NCBI GenBank assembly: GCA_905178155.1
Contig: CAJINV010000013.1
Coordinates: 2,236,281 to 2,300,280 of the forward strand
From: Amoebophrya sp. A120
Taxonomy: Eukaryota > Protista > Dinoflagellata
Length of the DNA: 64,000 nt
Reading direction: 5' to 3'
Shown piece after piece: positions 47,701 to 59,000 of this stretch. Numbering within the stretch: position 1 is the stretch's first letter; every line of letters starts with the position of its first letter. The notes below the pieces were generated by a model that did no database searches, was not told the DNA's origin, and worked only from the letters and a program-made list of their open reading frames with translations. Both the position numbers and the translations under genes were made by a program.

Positions 47701-50700
47701 GGTGGGGCATTTTTCATTGTAATAGTTTGCCCACTGGATTTCCAGTCCTTCTTCCTCCACTGCATGCACGAGGCAGTGCCGAAGGGGATCGATTTGTCCT
47801 TGTCCGGGACGAAAGTGTTAAGCTACTGTGCGGACGGGACCATTGGGCAACTGGACCTGCAGACGCAGGCGTTTGACGTCTTGCATATGACTTGCTCAAA
47901 CGTTACAATCTCGAACGTTACAATAGAATCTGGAATTTGTGTTGCATGATGAGCATGACAGACTCGCACAGCGTTCCACCTTTTGCAATACAAATTTCGC
48001 AAGATTGTAGTGGGGTTTGGGGCTCCGGGACTTGTCATGCGCAATCCTATGAAAGTTGGCTAGATCATGCAATCTTGCATCACAGATTTCCATATTCTAT
48101 TGTAACGTTTGACTTTGTAACACCTGAGCGGGTTATATTGCACCGGAGCCACGCTGGGAAAATCAAGGACGCGTGCGTGTATCAAAGTCAAAAAAGCCCC
48201 CGCCCCATATCGGAAACGGAAGATGCGCGAGTTTGTGATGCTGTATTTGAGTACACAAATCGACTTGTATTGCTAGAAGGCCAAGAGACGAAGCTGCGGC
48301 CTAAATTGCAGGTAATCTGTCATGCTGCTTCCCACTTCCAGCTGCCTCCTGTCATCCTGGGGCTGCAAGGCTTTGCCACGCTAGACAGCACTACAGTCCG
48401 CATCTTTTGCCTTCTAGCATCACAAAGCTCATTTGTGGCCACAAATCTGCCTCACAGATTTCCGTTTTGCTATGGGGAGGGGGCATTTTTCATTGTGATA
48501 GCGTGTCGCATTTGTTCGAGGAAATCTGCACGGTCACGGAGGACGGCTTCATCAAAATCTGGAACCTGAACACAATGCGACAACACACAGAATTCTTTTC
48601 TGGTATAGGTCGTGCTTGTATGAAAATAAAAAAATGCCTCCAACGCGTGACTCAAAGTATGCACGAGCATGCCAAACCCATTGTTGTTCTTGTGTGGCAT
48701 AAGTACGCATAAGTACGCCATCATTATTAAACAGGTAACGACACCCCTCTGGCCGTGAATTGTCACCCCAAGAAGCATCTGATCGCGGTTGGGTTCGCGA
48801 CCGGCACGCTCCGGCTTTTCGACATTGACGGGCCGAAAGTGGTCGGCGAGTACGTGAATTTCACACTGCCGATCAAGTCGCTCGCCTTCGCGGAGCTGCA
48901 GGAGACCAACATTCTCCTGGCGTGCGACGAGAAGGGCGGTATGATGCTGTATTGTGAAAACGAGGAGACGGGGAGTTTCGTACCGAAGAAGAATTTGGAA
49001 TTGTTCGCCGGCGTCCACGAGCCGCCGGTGGAAAATTGCTCGTTCTTCGAACTGGCCAACAACCACAGGATGCTGTTAAAGTGGTACGATTCGCGAACGG
49101 TTGTTTTGTTTGCATTCACCAGCGGGAATGGGAATCCTGATGGAATATCGTGTGGAAAAACGTGGTCCCCGAGGACCACCCAGAGTTGGCAACATGCGAG
49201 TCTGCATGTAGGTAGTTGCCCAGGAACTACGTCTTTCATGCGCAATAGTCAAAACGTCAAATTACATCCTGGTTCGTAAAGATGTAGTGCCTCGCAGTAT
49301 TTTGTCGACTCCGGGGTCCTCGGGAGATTTTTCCCTAGAATTTCATGCCCTCGATGGCGTGACGGGCATGCAAGTGGAAGAGAACAATGCGGATATCAAC
49401 ATTTCTGCGACAGCTTTGGACCAAACGCGGTCGAGACAGGACATCACAAACGTCCAGATCGAGGGACTGAACGCGTCTTCGCTCTCCACCGGCGGTGCGC
49501 AGCACCAGGGCGGTGCCAATTTTACGCCGGACCTGGACTTCTTGCGGAAGTTTCAGCTCCGATCTGGAGTAGCGTCCAGTGCGTCGGACCAACAGAAAAT
49601 CACGACTTTTCAGTTTTCCTTCGATTCGACGAAAGTGATTATCGGCACCTCTCACGCGAAGTTGAAAGTGTTTTCGGTGAAAGGCCCGCTGCTCTACGAC
49701 ATCCCCTTAGTCGCGGGGATGGTGTCCGCGGTGTCCCTCGTGGGCCCGGTTTTCACATCAAGCGCCGGAAATGGGCAACAGCAGCAAATGAATAACCTGA
49801 CGACCGATTCGCTTTTATTTACAGCTTCGAAGGAAGATTCTTTGGTGAAGGCGTCGCTGCTGCAAAAGCCGTTTAACCAAATGAACAATCTGTCCGTATC
49901 GACGCACTCGAACAACAAGTTTTCTCTACTGAGGCAGGAAGAACAGTGCTTTTTGGGCCACGCGGTCGCGCCGTTCAAGTTACTGGTCACCCCGAGCCGG
50001 CTTGTGGGGGTGAGCAACATGGAAGTGATCACGTGGAAAATGAGCAGCGGAGGTTCATCATCCGCTGGCGCAAGAACTGGTAGTAGCAATAACATTTTCG
50101 AGGAGCTCTTCTACAACCAACACCTTCGACAGGACGCGTTGCCAACCGCTGGGTCGACTGCGATCAATATGAATGCGCTGAGTCAGAGCACAACTTCAGT
50201 GGCGGTTCTTGACCAGCAACAAACGTTAGCAACGGCCGGTCTAGTGGCACATCAGCAGCCGAAGATGGGGAATTCCTTTATGTTCTACCCTGCGTCAAAA
50301 AACAGCAACATCTCGACGGACAACGGGGCGTCGACGTCGTTGTATCATCAACAGCAGCAGTCGGCTCTGCTAATGGACACCACCATCGTGGAGCCGGGGT
50401 ACCAGCAGCCCTACTCCAGTGAGTCGCCCGTGAAGGTCACCCAGATGAAAAAGCAACAACAGCAAGGTGTAAACAACTCATCCGCTTTATTGCAGGACGT
50501 CAGCACGGCGACAATCTTATTGCGAAAGAGCGCAGAGATGAAGGACCAACAGCAGGAGCTCCAGGAGAAAACAATCCTGAAGCACACTGCAGATAAGCTT
50601 GCATTGAGCTCGCAATCCGTGAAAAGCGCGAAGAGCAACGCCTCCTCAAATCCGAAGATGAACACGAGCGGAAATAATAAAGTAACGATCAACGAAACGC

Positions 50701-53700
50701 AGAACTTGAGTATGTTGATCGAAGCAAACCTCCAAGCAGAGCAGGACATCAAGAAGAAAGGCGGCAATGAAGACGAAGTGCAAACTGCGTTGTTAGAGGA
50801 GAAAGATTGCACAGTGGAATTCGAGGATGAGACGCTGATCGAAACTAGCGGTAAAACAAGCATGTTGCGACAAGCAGCGGAAGTGGAAGGCAGCAAACCA
50901 GTAAAATACGTCGCTAGTTGTACAACAGGTCTTGAGCAAACTGTTGAATCTAGTCCTACCACTCCCCCCGTAGCCGAGCTTGCGACCATCGTCGGCACGG
51001 GGTCGCCGTTCTGTTGGCAGGAATGCTACCTGGCCGTTGGCGTGGGCAACTGGGTGTCGATAGAGAGCAAAGGAGGGTTAGGAGGAACTACAAGTTCCAA
51101 TACTATCACGTCCGGCGCGCCTCCTGCCGTCGCATCTTCTGCCAGTGGTTCAAAAACCTCGACGAGCTCGGCCGCGACTGTGAAAACGACTGTTGCGCCA
51201 AGGGCCTCGAAAACGGTGATTCCGAACCTGGAGGGGAACGTCTGCAGTCTGGACGGGTTGGGAAAGAAAAACTGGCTGGCGGTTCTGGCCGAAGAGGCCG
51301 TGTACTTGTACAAGATCGAACTGGATGAAAATAACGCGGACAGAGAAATAGAACAGAGACAGAGACTCGAAGCTGCGGAGGACACGACGGATTGCAATCT
51401 CAACTGTCCACACAAACTTCTCGCGGCAATTCCGCTATCCGAGTTCGTGGCAGAGGGCGCGGAAGAGCAGGAGGAGAAAAAGACAGCAAAATCTTTATCC
51501 CCGTCCGCCTCCGGCGGATTTTTTGTCAAGTTCCTCGAGGACGGGGAGCACCTGATCGTCACCACAAATTCCGTTGCACCTCCAAAAGACGGTAACAAAT
51601 ATTACAATGAAAAATGCCCCCACCCCCAACCTGGCAGCATTTGTATTGCAAACCTTTCCAATCGAAACATTCCCCGTCTTGCATATCTCAACATCACAGA
51701 TTTTCCATGCTGAATAGCTCAAATTTGTGTTGCGAAGGAGCCCATCAGCAGCCGGATCTGTTATGCACAAGACACCTTGCGCACCTATATTCTGCATCAG
51801 AAAGGCTCGCAATCCTTTCGCGCAAGACAAAAAGCTTTCATTTGGAAACTTTGCATGACAAACTTCTGCAAATTCCGGGGTGGGGGCATTTATCATTGTA
51901 ATAACAAAAATAGCGGTTTCACGACAACCAGCAGCATCCACGTGATCCGGATTATTCACGACACCATTGAAAACCAATATTGTCTCGAAGTCATCTGCGC
52001 CACAACCTTGATGAACGAAACGACAAAAATCCTGGATTTGCAAGTCGCGCCGTGGAATGAGTTTATCACGTTGACCGCGTACGGCTTGACTTTTTGGCGG
52101 TTGGATTCCGTCACGAAGTCCCTGCAGTTTCAAGAGACCAACAAGCCCGACTGGTTGGTGCAGCAACAAGTTGGCAGTCTACAAGGGAAGAATAAGGAAA
52201 AAGATCCTGCTTCCAGCAAGACGGCGCACCAGGAAAAAATAGTTGGAAACCAGAACAACAGCAAGACCACAGATCACGTGTACACCTGCATGACGTTCGT
52301 GCAGATTTCGCAGGACGTCTCCCGGGTCTTGGTGGGGACCAGTCGAGGCACACTTTTGACGTTTGATTTCGAGGAGAACCTGCCGATCAACGAGATTAAA
52401 TCGCTTCCGAACAACTACAACAGCGACAAAATCACGAACGTGCAAGCTTATCAAATGCAAAAATGTCTGGGTCTGGAAGAATCTAACTTGTCATGCTAAA
52501 TCTGAATCATTCAAGAATCTGTGTTGCATGATTACCAAAAGCTGGCCACTTTTGACCTAATCGAGAGGGAGTTTCTCATGCAGAATAGGCATGATAGAAC
52601 TCTCACAGAATCTGTCATGCTATGTCCTACATGCCAGACCTCATGGGTCATGGAAAACCTGCATGACAAGTCTGCATTCTTCCAGACCCAGACATTTTTA
52701 CATCTGATAAAGCTCCGGCGTATCCAATTCTGCTCTGTGCCATCGGGGCGACGATTTGCAAGTATGTGATTTACGAGGCGGGGAACAAGTTGCTGTCGAT
52801 AAACAGCGGGGCCTCCTCTGGCGGAGCGGGCGCGACTGCTAAAGCTGCTGACAACTGTTACAATTCTAGCGGTATGAACATCAAATCGGCGTCGAAAGCG
52901 AGCACCGGCTCTAGTTCCTCCACCGCTATGGCGCTGGTCGAGAAGCCGATTGCGCTGGATTCCGATCTGAAATCCTGTGCAGGCTTTTCCACAGAGCGGG
53001 GCAACGGGATTTTCGCGACCAATGCGAGCTTGTGGTACGTGAACTGGCGAACCAACGTGAAAATGCGGCTGCACAGTTTTCACACGAAGGTTCATCTTGG
53101 GGGAGGTTCTAGTAATTCGGAACAAGATCAACACGCTGCAGCAACCGCCTTTTCCTGTCAGTCCTTCGACGTATTGGAGTGCAGCAGTTCTTCCAAGCAT
53201 GACGGCAACAAAATCGCCACGTGTGGCGCAGTGGACGGGCTCGTAAGGCTGTGGAGCTGCAGCAGCAGCAATAACTCAAGTGAACAATCGGGAAAAAATG
53301 GTTCAAAAACCAGTACGCTATCCAGCGCAGCGACCAACGCCATCACAGCGACGAGTCCGCAGGTGCTGACCAGCCTCGCGCAATTTTCCGGCGTTTCCCC
53401 GTGCTTGTCTTTGACGTTTTTGTCTTCCCGCGTGTTATTCTGCGGTTTTGAGGACGGCTGCGTCCGGCTGTTTGATCTGGAAAATTTGACATCCATCGGT
53501 CGTGTGGAGGTGGAGGAGAGCGATGCGATCGTCGTAGTGAAGGCCTTGAGCCCACAGGCGGCCATTGCGGCGACCAGAAACGGGAAAGTCGTGCAGATCA
53601 TGGTATAAGGCCTTTACAACTACTCTGGTGAGAGAAAATGGTGTTTCTTCATGTATAAGTTTTGATGTTCAACGTTTGAGAGGACTTGTGAGACTCTACA

Positions 53701-54736
53701 CAGGCAAGGGCAGCGCGACTCGAGACCGAGATGTTGTTGAGTACTATGTTTTTTGAATTGCAAGAGAAAATCCCTCGCCCAATGGAAAACCCCAGATCCG
53801 GCTTTCCTCCACGCGCGAGGTGATCGACGCCCGGCGGGCCGAGTTGAAGCCAGCAAACAACGAGAAAAACGTGACCAGTGCCATCGACGTAAACCACAAC
53901 ACCGATCAATTTCTCATCGCGTTTAGCAACAGTGAGGTCTACATTTGGCAGACGGAGAGGAAGAGGAAACCCGTACTGAAAGACGTTTGGGTGATGCCAA
54001 AGTCAGCAGAAATGATGAACACGACAACAAGCAGTACTATGGCGAAGATGAATCTGGTGCAGGCGTGCTTTATTCCGCAGCACAACTCCTCCGCGATTCC
54101 CACCGCGTCCAACAAAGAAGATTTGATCGCGGCGTCCAGTAACAAGATTTTCTACGTTTACGATCTCAGCAACAAGAAAGTGCTACATCGACTGGAGCTA
54201 GACGCCGAGATCTACCGGGTTTGCTGCTTTCCGAAACTTTTTGATCAGACACCAGCCGCCGGGATACCGCGTACGGAAATTTTATATTTGTTGTGATTTA
54301 TGTTTATTTTGTCATGCTCATCATGCAGCTTTTATCGCTTTCCTTTTGCACCATCCGGGGGTCCATCCGGAGTAACATACTTAGCCATAATCGCCGATAT
54401 GTACGCCGTGGGCAAGTTATCCATTGGAAGAAGGAAAGAAAACCGAACCTATCAGGCACCAACAGAACCAGTCGCGTGTCCGCTTCTCACGACAAGTCGA
54501 AGCAAAACTCGGTGATGGTGCTGACGAAAGACAACGTTTTGGGGGAAATCTACTGGCCGGAGCAATCTACAGCTCACGCTCCTAGCAACGCGTTAGAGAA
54601 CCCTGCGCTGTATCGCGAGCGCGTCCCCTTCGCAGGCCCCGGCACCAGCGTGAATGGAAACACGGATTTGAAGTTTTTGCACGACAGCAGGCTGGTGGTC
54701 AAAACGGAGAGCGGGCTGTGTGTTTGGGATCTGTAG
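44764..54736 (+). CDS. WDR90: WD repeat protein 90 (centriolar POC16), CFAP20-like N-terminal domain, about 12 exons
   Basis: WQHPFVSIF, KQGD, ANNYVQVP, SLNLTGEYLYV, LLPDPLL, SCGKENIRFWRVK-like LVTCGKENIRFWRVK, PLDF, RSH and WD40 repeats. GT-AG introns 45607-45798, 47060-47230, 48603-48734, 54271-54455; seven non-canonical introns. Confidence 0.9.
47421..47724. mobile_element. Introner family A (304 bp), TSD GTTTG
   Basis: TIR tattaca(g/a)tgaaaaatgcccc; perfect TSD. Confidence 0.97.
47886..48137. mobile_element. Introner family B (252 bp), TSD TTGCA
   Basis: Long imperfect TIR with repeated gttacaa unit; removal gives FDVLHRSHAG. Confidence 0.95.
48180..48500. mobile_element. Introner family A (321 bp), TSD GCGTG
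   Basis: Right TIR ggggcatttttcattgtgata; removal gives DACVSHLFEEICTV. Confidence 0.95.
51600..51903. mobile_element. Introner family A (304 bp), TSD ACAAA
   Basis: TIR tattacaatgaaaaatgccccc; interior is the reverse complement homolog of 47421-47724. Confidence 0.97.
52449..52709. mobile_element. Introner family C (261 bp), TSD AAGCT
   Basis: TIR tatca(a/g)atg(c/t)aaaaatgtctgggtctggaagaat; removal gives NVQAPAYPILL. Confidence 0.97.
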
Positions 54737-54878
54737 TAAAGCAGACGACAGGGTTAGTTTGCGGCCCTGAAAAGTAGGTCTATCAGCAAAGCTAGCAGAT
54801 GAAAAATTCAAATGCAGTAAAGGCATTTTTTTTTATTTTTCCGATTTCTATCATGATTTACATTTAGATTTTCTTTGT

Positions 54879-54952
54879 ATTTGGTCTTACCGGTATGATT
54901 TTGGTCTTACCAGCACACAAGTCTGATTTTGGTCTTACCAGCACAAAAGTCT
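54879..54952 (+). repeat. Short tandem repeat (TTTGGTCTTACC core x3; 28-bp unit x2)
   Basis: Directly visible downstream of the WDR90 stop. Confidence 0.85.
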
Positions 54953-56083
54953 ACTTTGCTTTTTTAGTGCCGGGACGAGCAAAGACCTCTCCCGGGGACA
55001 GTATGTCAAGTATCTATGTACACTAGATATACCTTTTCCATTTAAACTAGATAAACTGGTTGTAGCATGCGTCCCATATTTGCATCTTCACTTTCAAAAA
55101 AATTCCTGAAGTCTTGGATTTATTTGGTATCCGTTCTTTTGTGGTATCCACACTACTAGTGTGTACAGTTCTCGAGTACTGAAGAAGAGCCCCTTCAGCA
55201 CTTAGAGACATTTGCGCCATTATTTTCATCGACCGTGTGATGATCCTTGGAGTCTTACGAGGCAGCTCTTCTGATTTCTTGTGTATTTTCTGCAAAAAAT
55301 ACGCAAAATTCAAGGCGGAGATGGGACGCTGTGGCGATGTGGTTCCAGAATCGGCAAAGTTTCGATTTTGGCAATAAAAAATTTCATATGTAAATCAGTT
55401 CTTTTTGGATACAGATAAACGTTCGGAAAATGCTTCTTGTGGTTACAAAAAAGCGGTTTGATTGCAACGACGCGGGCCGCGAGCTGTTCTTTTGGATTCT
55501 CGCGGCTGGGTTCAGGTTGGCGAGTAGACGTAGCGGGCTGCACGGAGGATGAGAAGCCGCTGCGCAACAAGATTGCAGTGTCTTTTTTGCTGGAGGGATT
55601 CCGAGGAAAGAAAAGAAGGAGAACAAGAGATGGAGCGAAATATGGGCCGAGTGGTCCTTTGTTTTTTTGTGTCCGGATTAGAGTAAGTACGGGCAAAGAA
55701 GAACATATGTGCGATTGCGTTTTTGCCTGCATGCAAAAGCAATGCTTATGCTTTACATCACCAAAAGATAGAATTAGAACTCTATCATCAGACAGACACT
55801 CATCGCTGCAGTCCTCAGAGCTCTTGATTTGTACCTGCCTCCGAACTACAATGAATACTGACAACCGACATCAACAATGCCACATCCATTTCCATTGATG
55901 CATAAAGTCGATAAATAAGAAGGCAATCACAGAGTATTGGTTGCGGCTAATGCCTGACTTACTTGTCGTGAGGACCGACCACAAAATCCTGGGTTTGACG
56001 AAACTCGTCCACCCAAGTAAAAAAGTTTGTGTACGATAAAGTCAAATTAAAGACCTACGTGTACGATATACTAAAACCAGAAG

Positions 56084-59000
56084 ATGTCGAGCTGGCTCCA
56101 GAGTCTTTGGTCCGGGTCCTCAGGGGGTAGCCCCGGCGGCACCGCTAGCAGCAAGTCACCACGTGCCACCGGCACGTCCCCACGAAACAGCCCCAACGAC
56201 GGTTCTTTGATATTACCAACGGGGGCAGACGGTAATAAACCCGTGGGGCAGCAGCTGCCGACCGGGTAATTATGATTTTTGGGGTTTGATGTTGTGCAAT
56301 ACGCGATTTGCTTTTGCATGAGAAATTGAAGACATTGTTGATCATCTGGATCCCGATTCTGCAAAACAAAACCAGCGCTTCCCAGGACAACCTCGGCGGC
56401 GCTACAACGGTTGCTGCAGTATCCACCCCTCAGCCGGCCTCGTCTCCCACGAACCAAAACCCCACGGCGAATTTTGTCCGCACGTTTTTCCGCTTCGCCT
56501 GGGACCAGGCAAACGACGTGGAGATCCGCGTGGTCGGTTCCTGTCCGCAGCTCGGCGACTGGCAATGGCAGAAGGGCGCGATCCTGCAAACTTCGTTTGA
56601 ATACTTTCCCAGCTGGATTTCCAAGGACCCGGTGTATTTGCCCCTCGGCGAAAAAATCGAGTACCAGTACGTGGTCATAGTCAGAAATAACCTGGGAGAA
56701 CAAAGTCAAAGAGGGTCCAGCGGGAACCTGTTACCCTCCGCTTCTAGCAATAGCCGGTTGCAAATCTCTAAAGCGAGCTCTTCCTCCAGACTGGATAGGG
56801 AAAACAAGCAAGAGCAGGACAATGTCGTCTCGGTCAAGTGGGTGACTTCTCCCGGAACAGTAAGGCTGCCTAGTTCTACCGGTGGTGGAGTAGTAGAGAG
56901 CACGTTCAATTATGCAAATCAAAATCAACAGCAAAGCTCCTCTATGGACTACAAAAGCGGTGCTGGTGTGCAAAGGAACAACAATCAGAAACAACTGAGC
57001 AAAGATTCCACAATCACGATCGACAACGGGGCGAAGGAGGGGGAGTGTTTGCAGCTGGTCCCCACGGGAAATGAAATGACGGCGGAGGACGACGGGGGTC
57101 TGTTCCGGAAATTCAGCGGAAAAACGGCGGAGAATTTGAACACCATCTCCGGAAACACGATGACGGACACGACCCTAAACTACCAGCAGAATTCGTCCTC
57201 CCCCGAGAAGGGCGGGCAGTTCGGGCAGGGGAGCGACCGGGAATTGGATTTGCTGGATTCGAGGATATTGGAGTTGGAAGAGGAAGGGAAGTGGAGCAGC
57301 AAGGGGACCGTGTTGTTTTTAACCTTCTTGCTCCCGGTGCAAGTGGTCCGCACGGCGGACGACAAGTGGGCGGTGACGCCGATGAAGGACCACTTTTTAA
57401 CGTCGTTGAAGCAAGCGAGGAAGCAACACAAAGCCAGTAAAAACAAAACCGGGATGATGAACCACAAAAGTGGTCAACATCAACAGCAGCAGAACAGCAG
57501 TGACGATTTGCAGATTTTATGCGTCGGGTGGCCGGGGGTGCATGTGGAGTCGGAGTACGACAAAAGGCTGATTTCGGAGCTCTTACTCGCGCACGACTGC
57601 ATCCCGGTCTTTCCCAGTCCCTACGATTTTGAGAATTTTGTGCAGTTCGCGTTCGGCCTGTTGTCCCCGATTTTTCACGACGTCATGCAGCACATGCTGT
57701 TTTTCGACGCAAAGATGACCAGTTTCGACGAGGAACAGTGGGCGAGCTACCAGCGGGTCAACTTCTGCTACGCCGACGTCGCGATTCGGCACAGTCACGA
57801 CTCGGATTACTTTTGGGTCCACGACTACCATCTGATGGTGGTGCCGCAATACCTAACCCGGAAGCTGCGGATGGCAAACATCGGCTTCTTCCTGCACTGC
57901 CCGTGGCCCTCCTTTGACATTTTCAAGGCGATTCCGGTCCGGGACGATTTGCTCCGGGCGCTGCTGTGTGCGGACCTGATCGGGTAAGTAGTTGAGAAGT
58001 TATAATTTTCTGGAGATAATTTTTTTTTGCTGCGAGTTATCTGATCAGATTTACATTTGGATTTTATGTTGTCATTCGGCGCATTACATGTACAGGTTTC
58101 AGTTCTACGATCACGCGCGAAAATTCTTCGTTTCCACCAAGCGCCTACTCGGCCTCGACTGGACCTTCCTCCCCAACGGACAGCTTTCCCTGGACTACAG
58201 CGGACGCACGGTGTGCATCAAAGTGTCCCACGTCTGCATCTCGCTCACCCAAGTCGCCTCCGCCGCGGAAAGGTTCCGAACAGCCATGAATGCCGACCGC
58301 AACGAGCTGGCTGCGTTTGCGAAAACGATCCGGGAAAGTAATTTGGACGAAAGCAACCGGAGCTCGTCTGTTCCCAAAAGCAGCGGAGGAGGCGGTGGAA
58401 CAACGACAACAAGCATTCCAAATTTCGCCGACCAAACGCCTTTGATCACGCAACGAAGCATCTCCGAGGCGACGGGCCGGAACACCCCGAGCAGCGGTGG
58501 AATATTGAACAACCAAAAGACCATAGCGATGAGTTTCAATCGGAAAAGAAGTTCCTACGCGTCCAGTACCTCCGGCTTTTCCAGCAGCAATTTAGACGGC
58601 ACAGGAGGTGGTACTTCGGGTGGAAACGGCTCGCCGCAGATGAAGCGAGTGCCACTGCTGTTCGAGCTGGAGAAGCAGTTTGCGGGGAAGATCATCTTCG
58701 CGGGTTTAGACCGGCTAGAATCACTCAGCGGGATGATGCTGAAGGTGAACGCGTGGAAATCTTTCCTTTCCGAGCACAAACAGTGGCGGAACAAAGTGAT
58801 TTTGGTCCAATGTGCGTACCCGTCGGAACACCGTTTCAGGATGGGCATGAACAACAAAATGCGCACTAGTAGTACAGAGACGGAGAACGGGGTAGTTCTC
58901 GGCGGGGGCAGCAGTGGAACTGAAAATACGCATAGTGGCACGACCAAGGAGAAAGAACAGACCGATATTAAATCATCACCAGCGAAGAAGTTCGGCGAGG

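Noticed and set aside
47423-51901. Similar short ORFs inside elements (47423-47710 minus, 51614-51901 plus; also 62680-62967) as an encoded protein
   Set aside because: The similarity reflects nucleotide homology of non-coding elements; no transposase motifs and stops differ between copies.
54879-54952. CRISPR-like array
   Set aside because: Simple tandem duplication without unique spacers, in a eukaryotic context with no cas genes.
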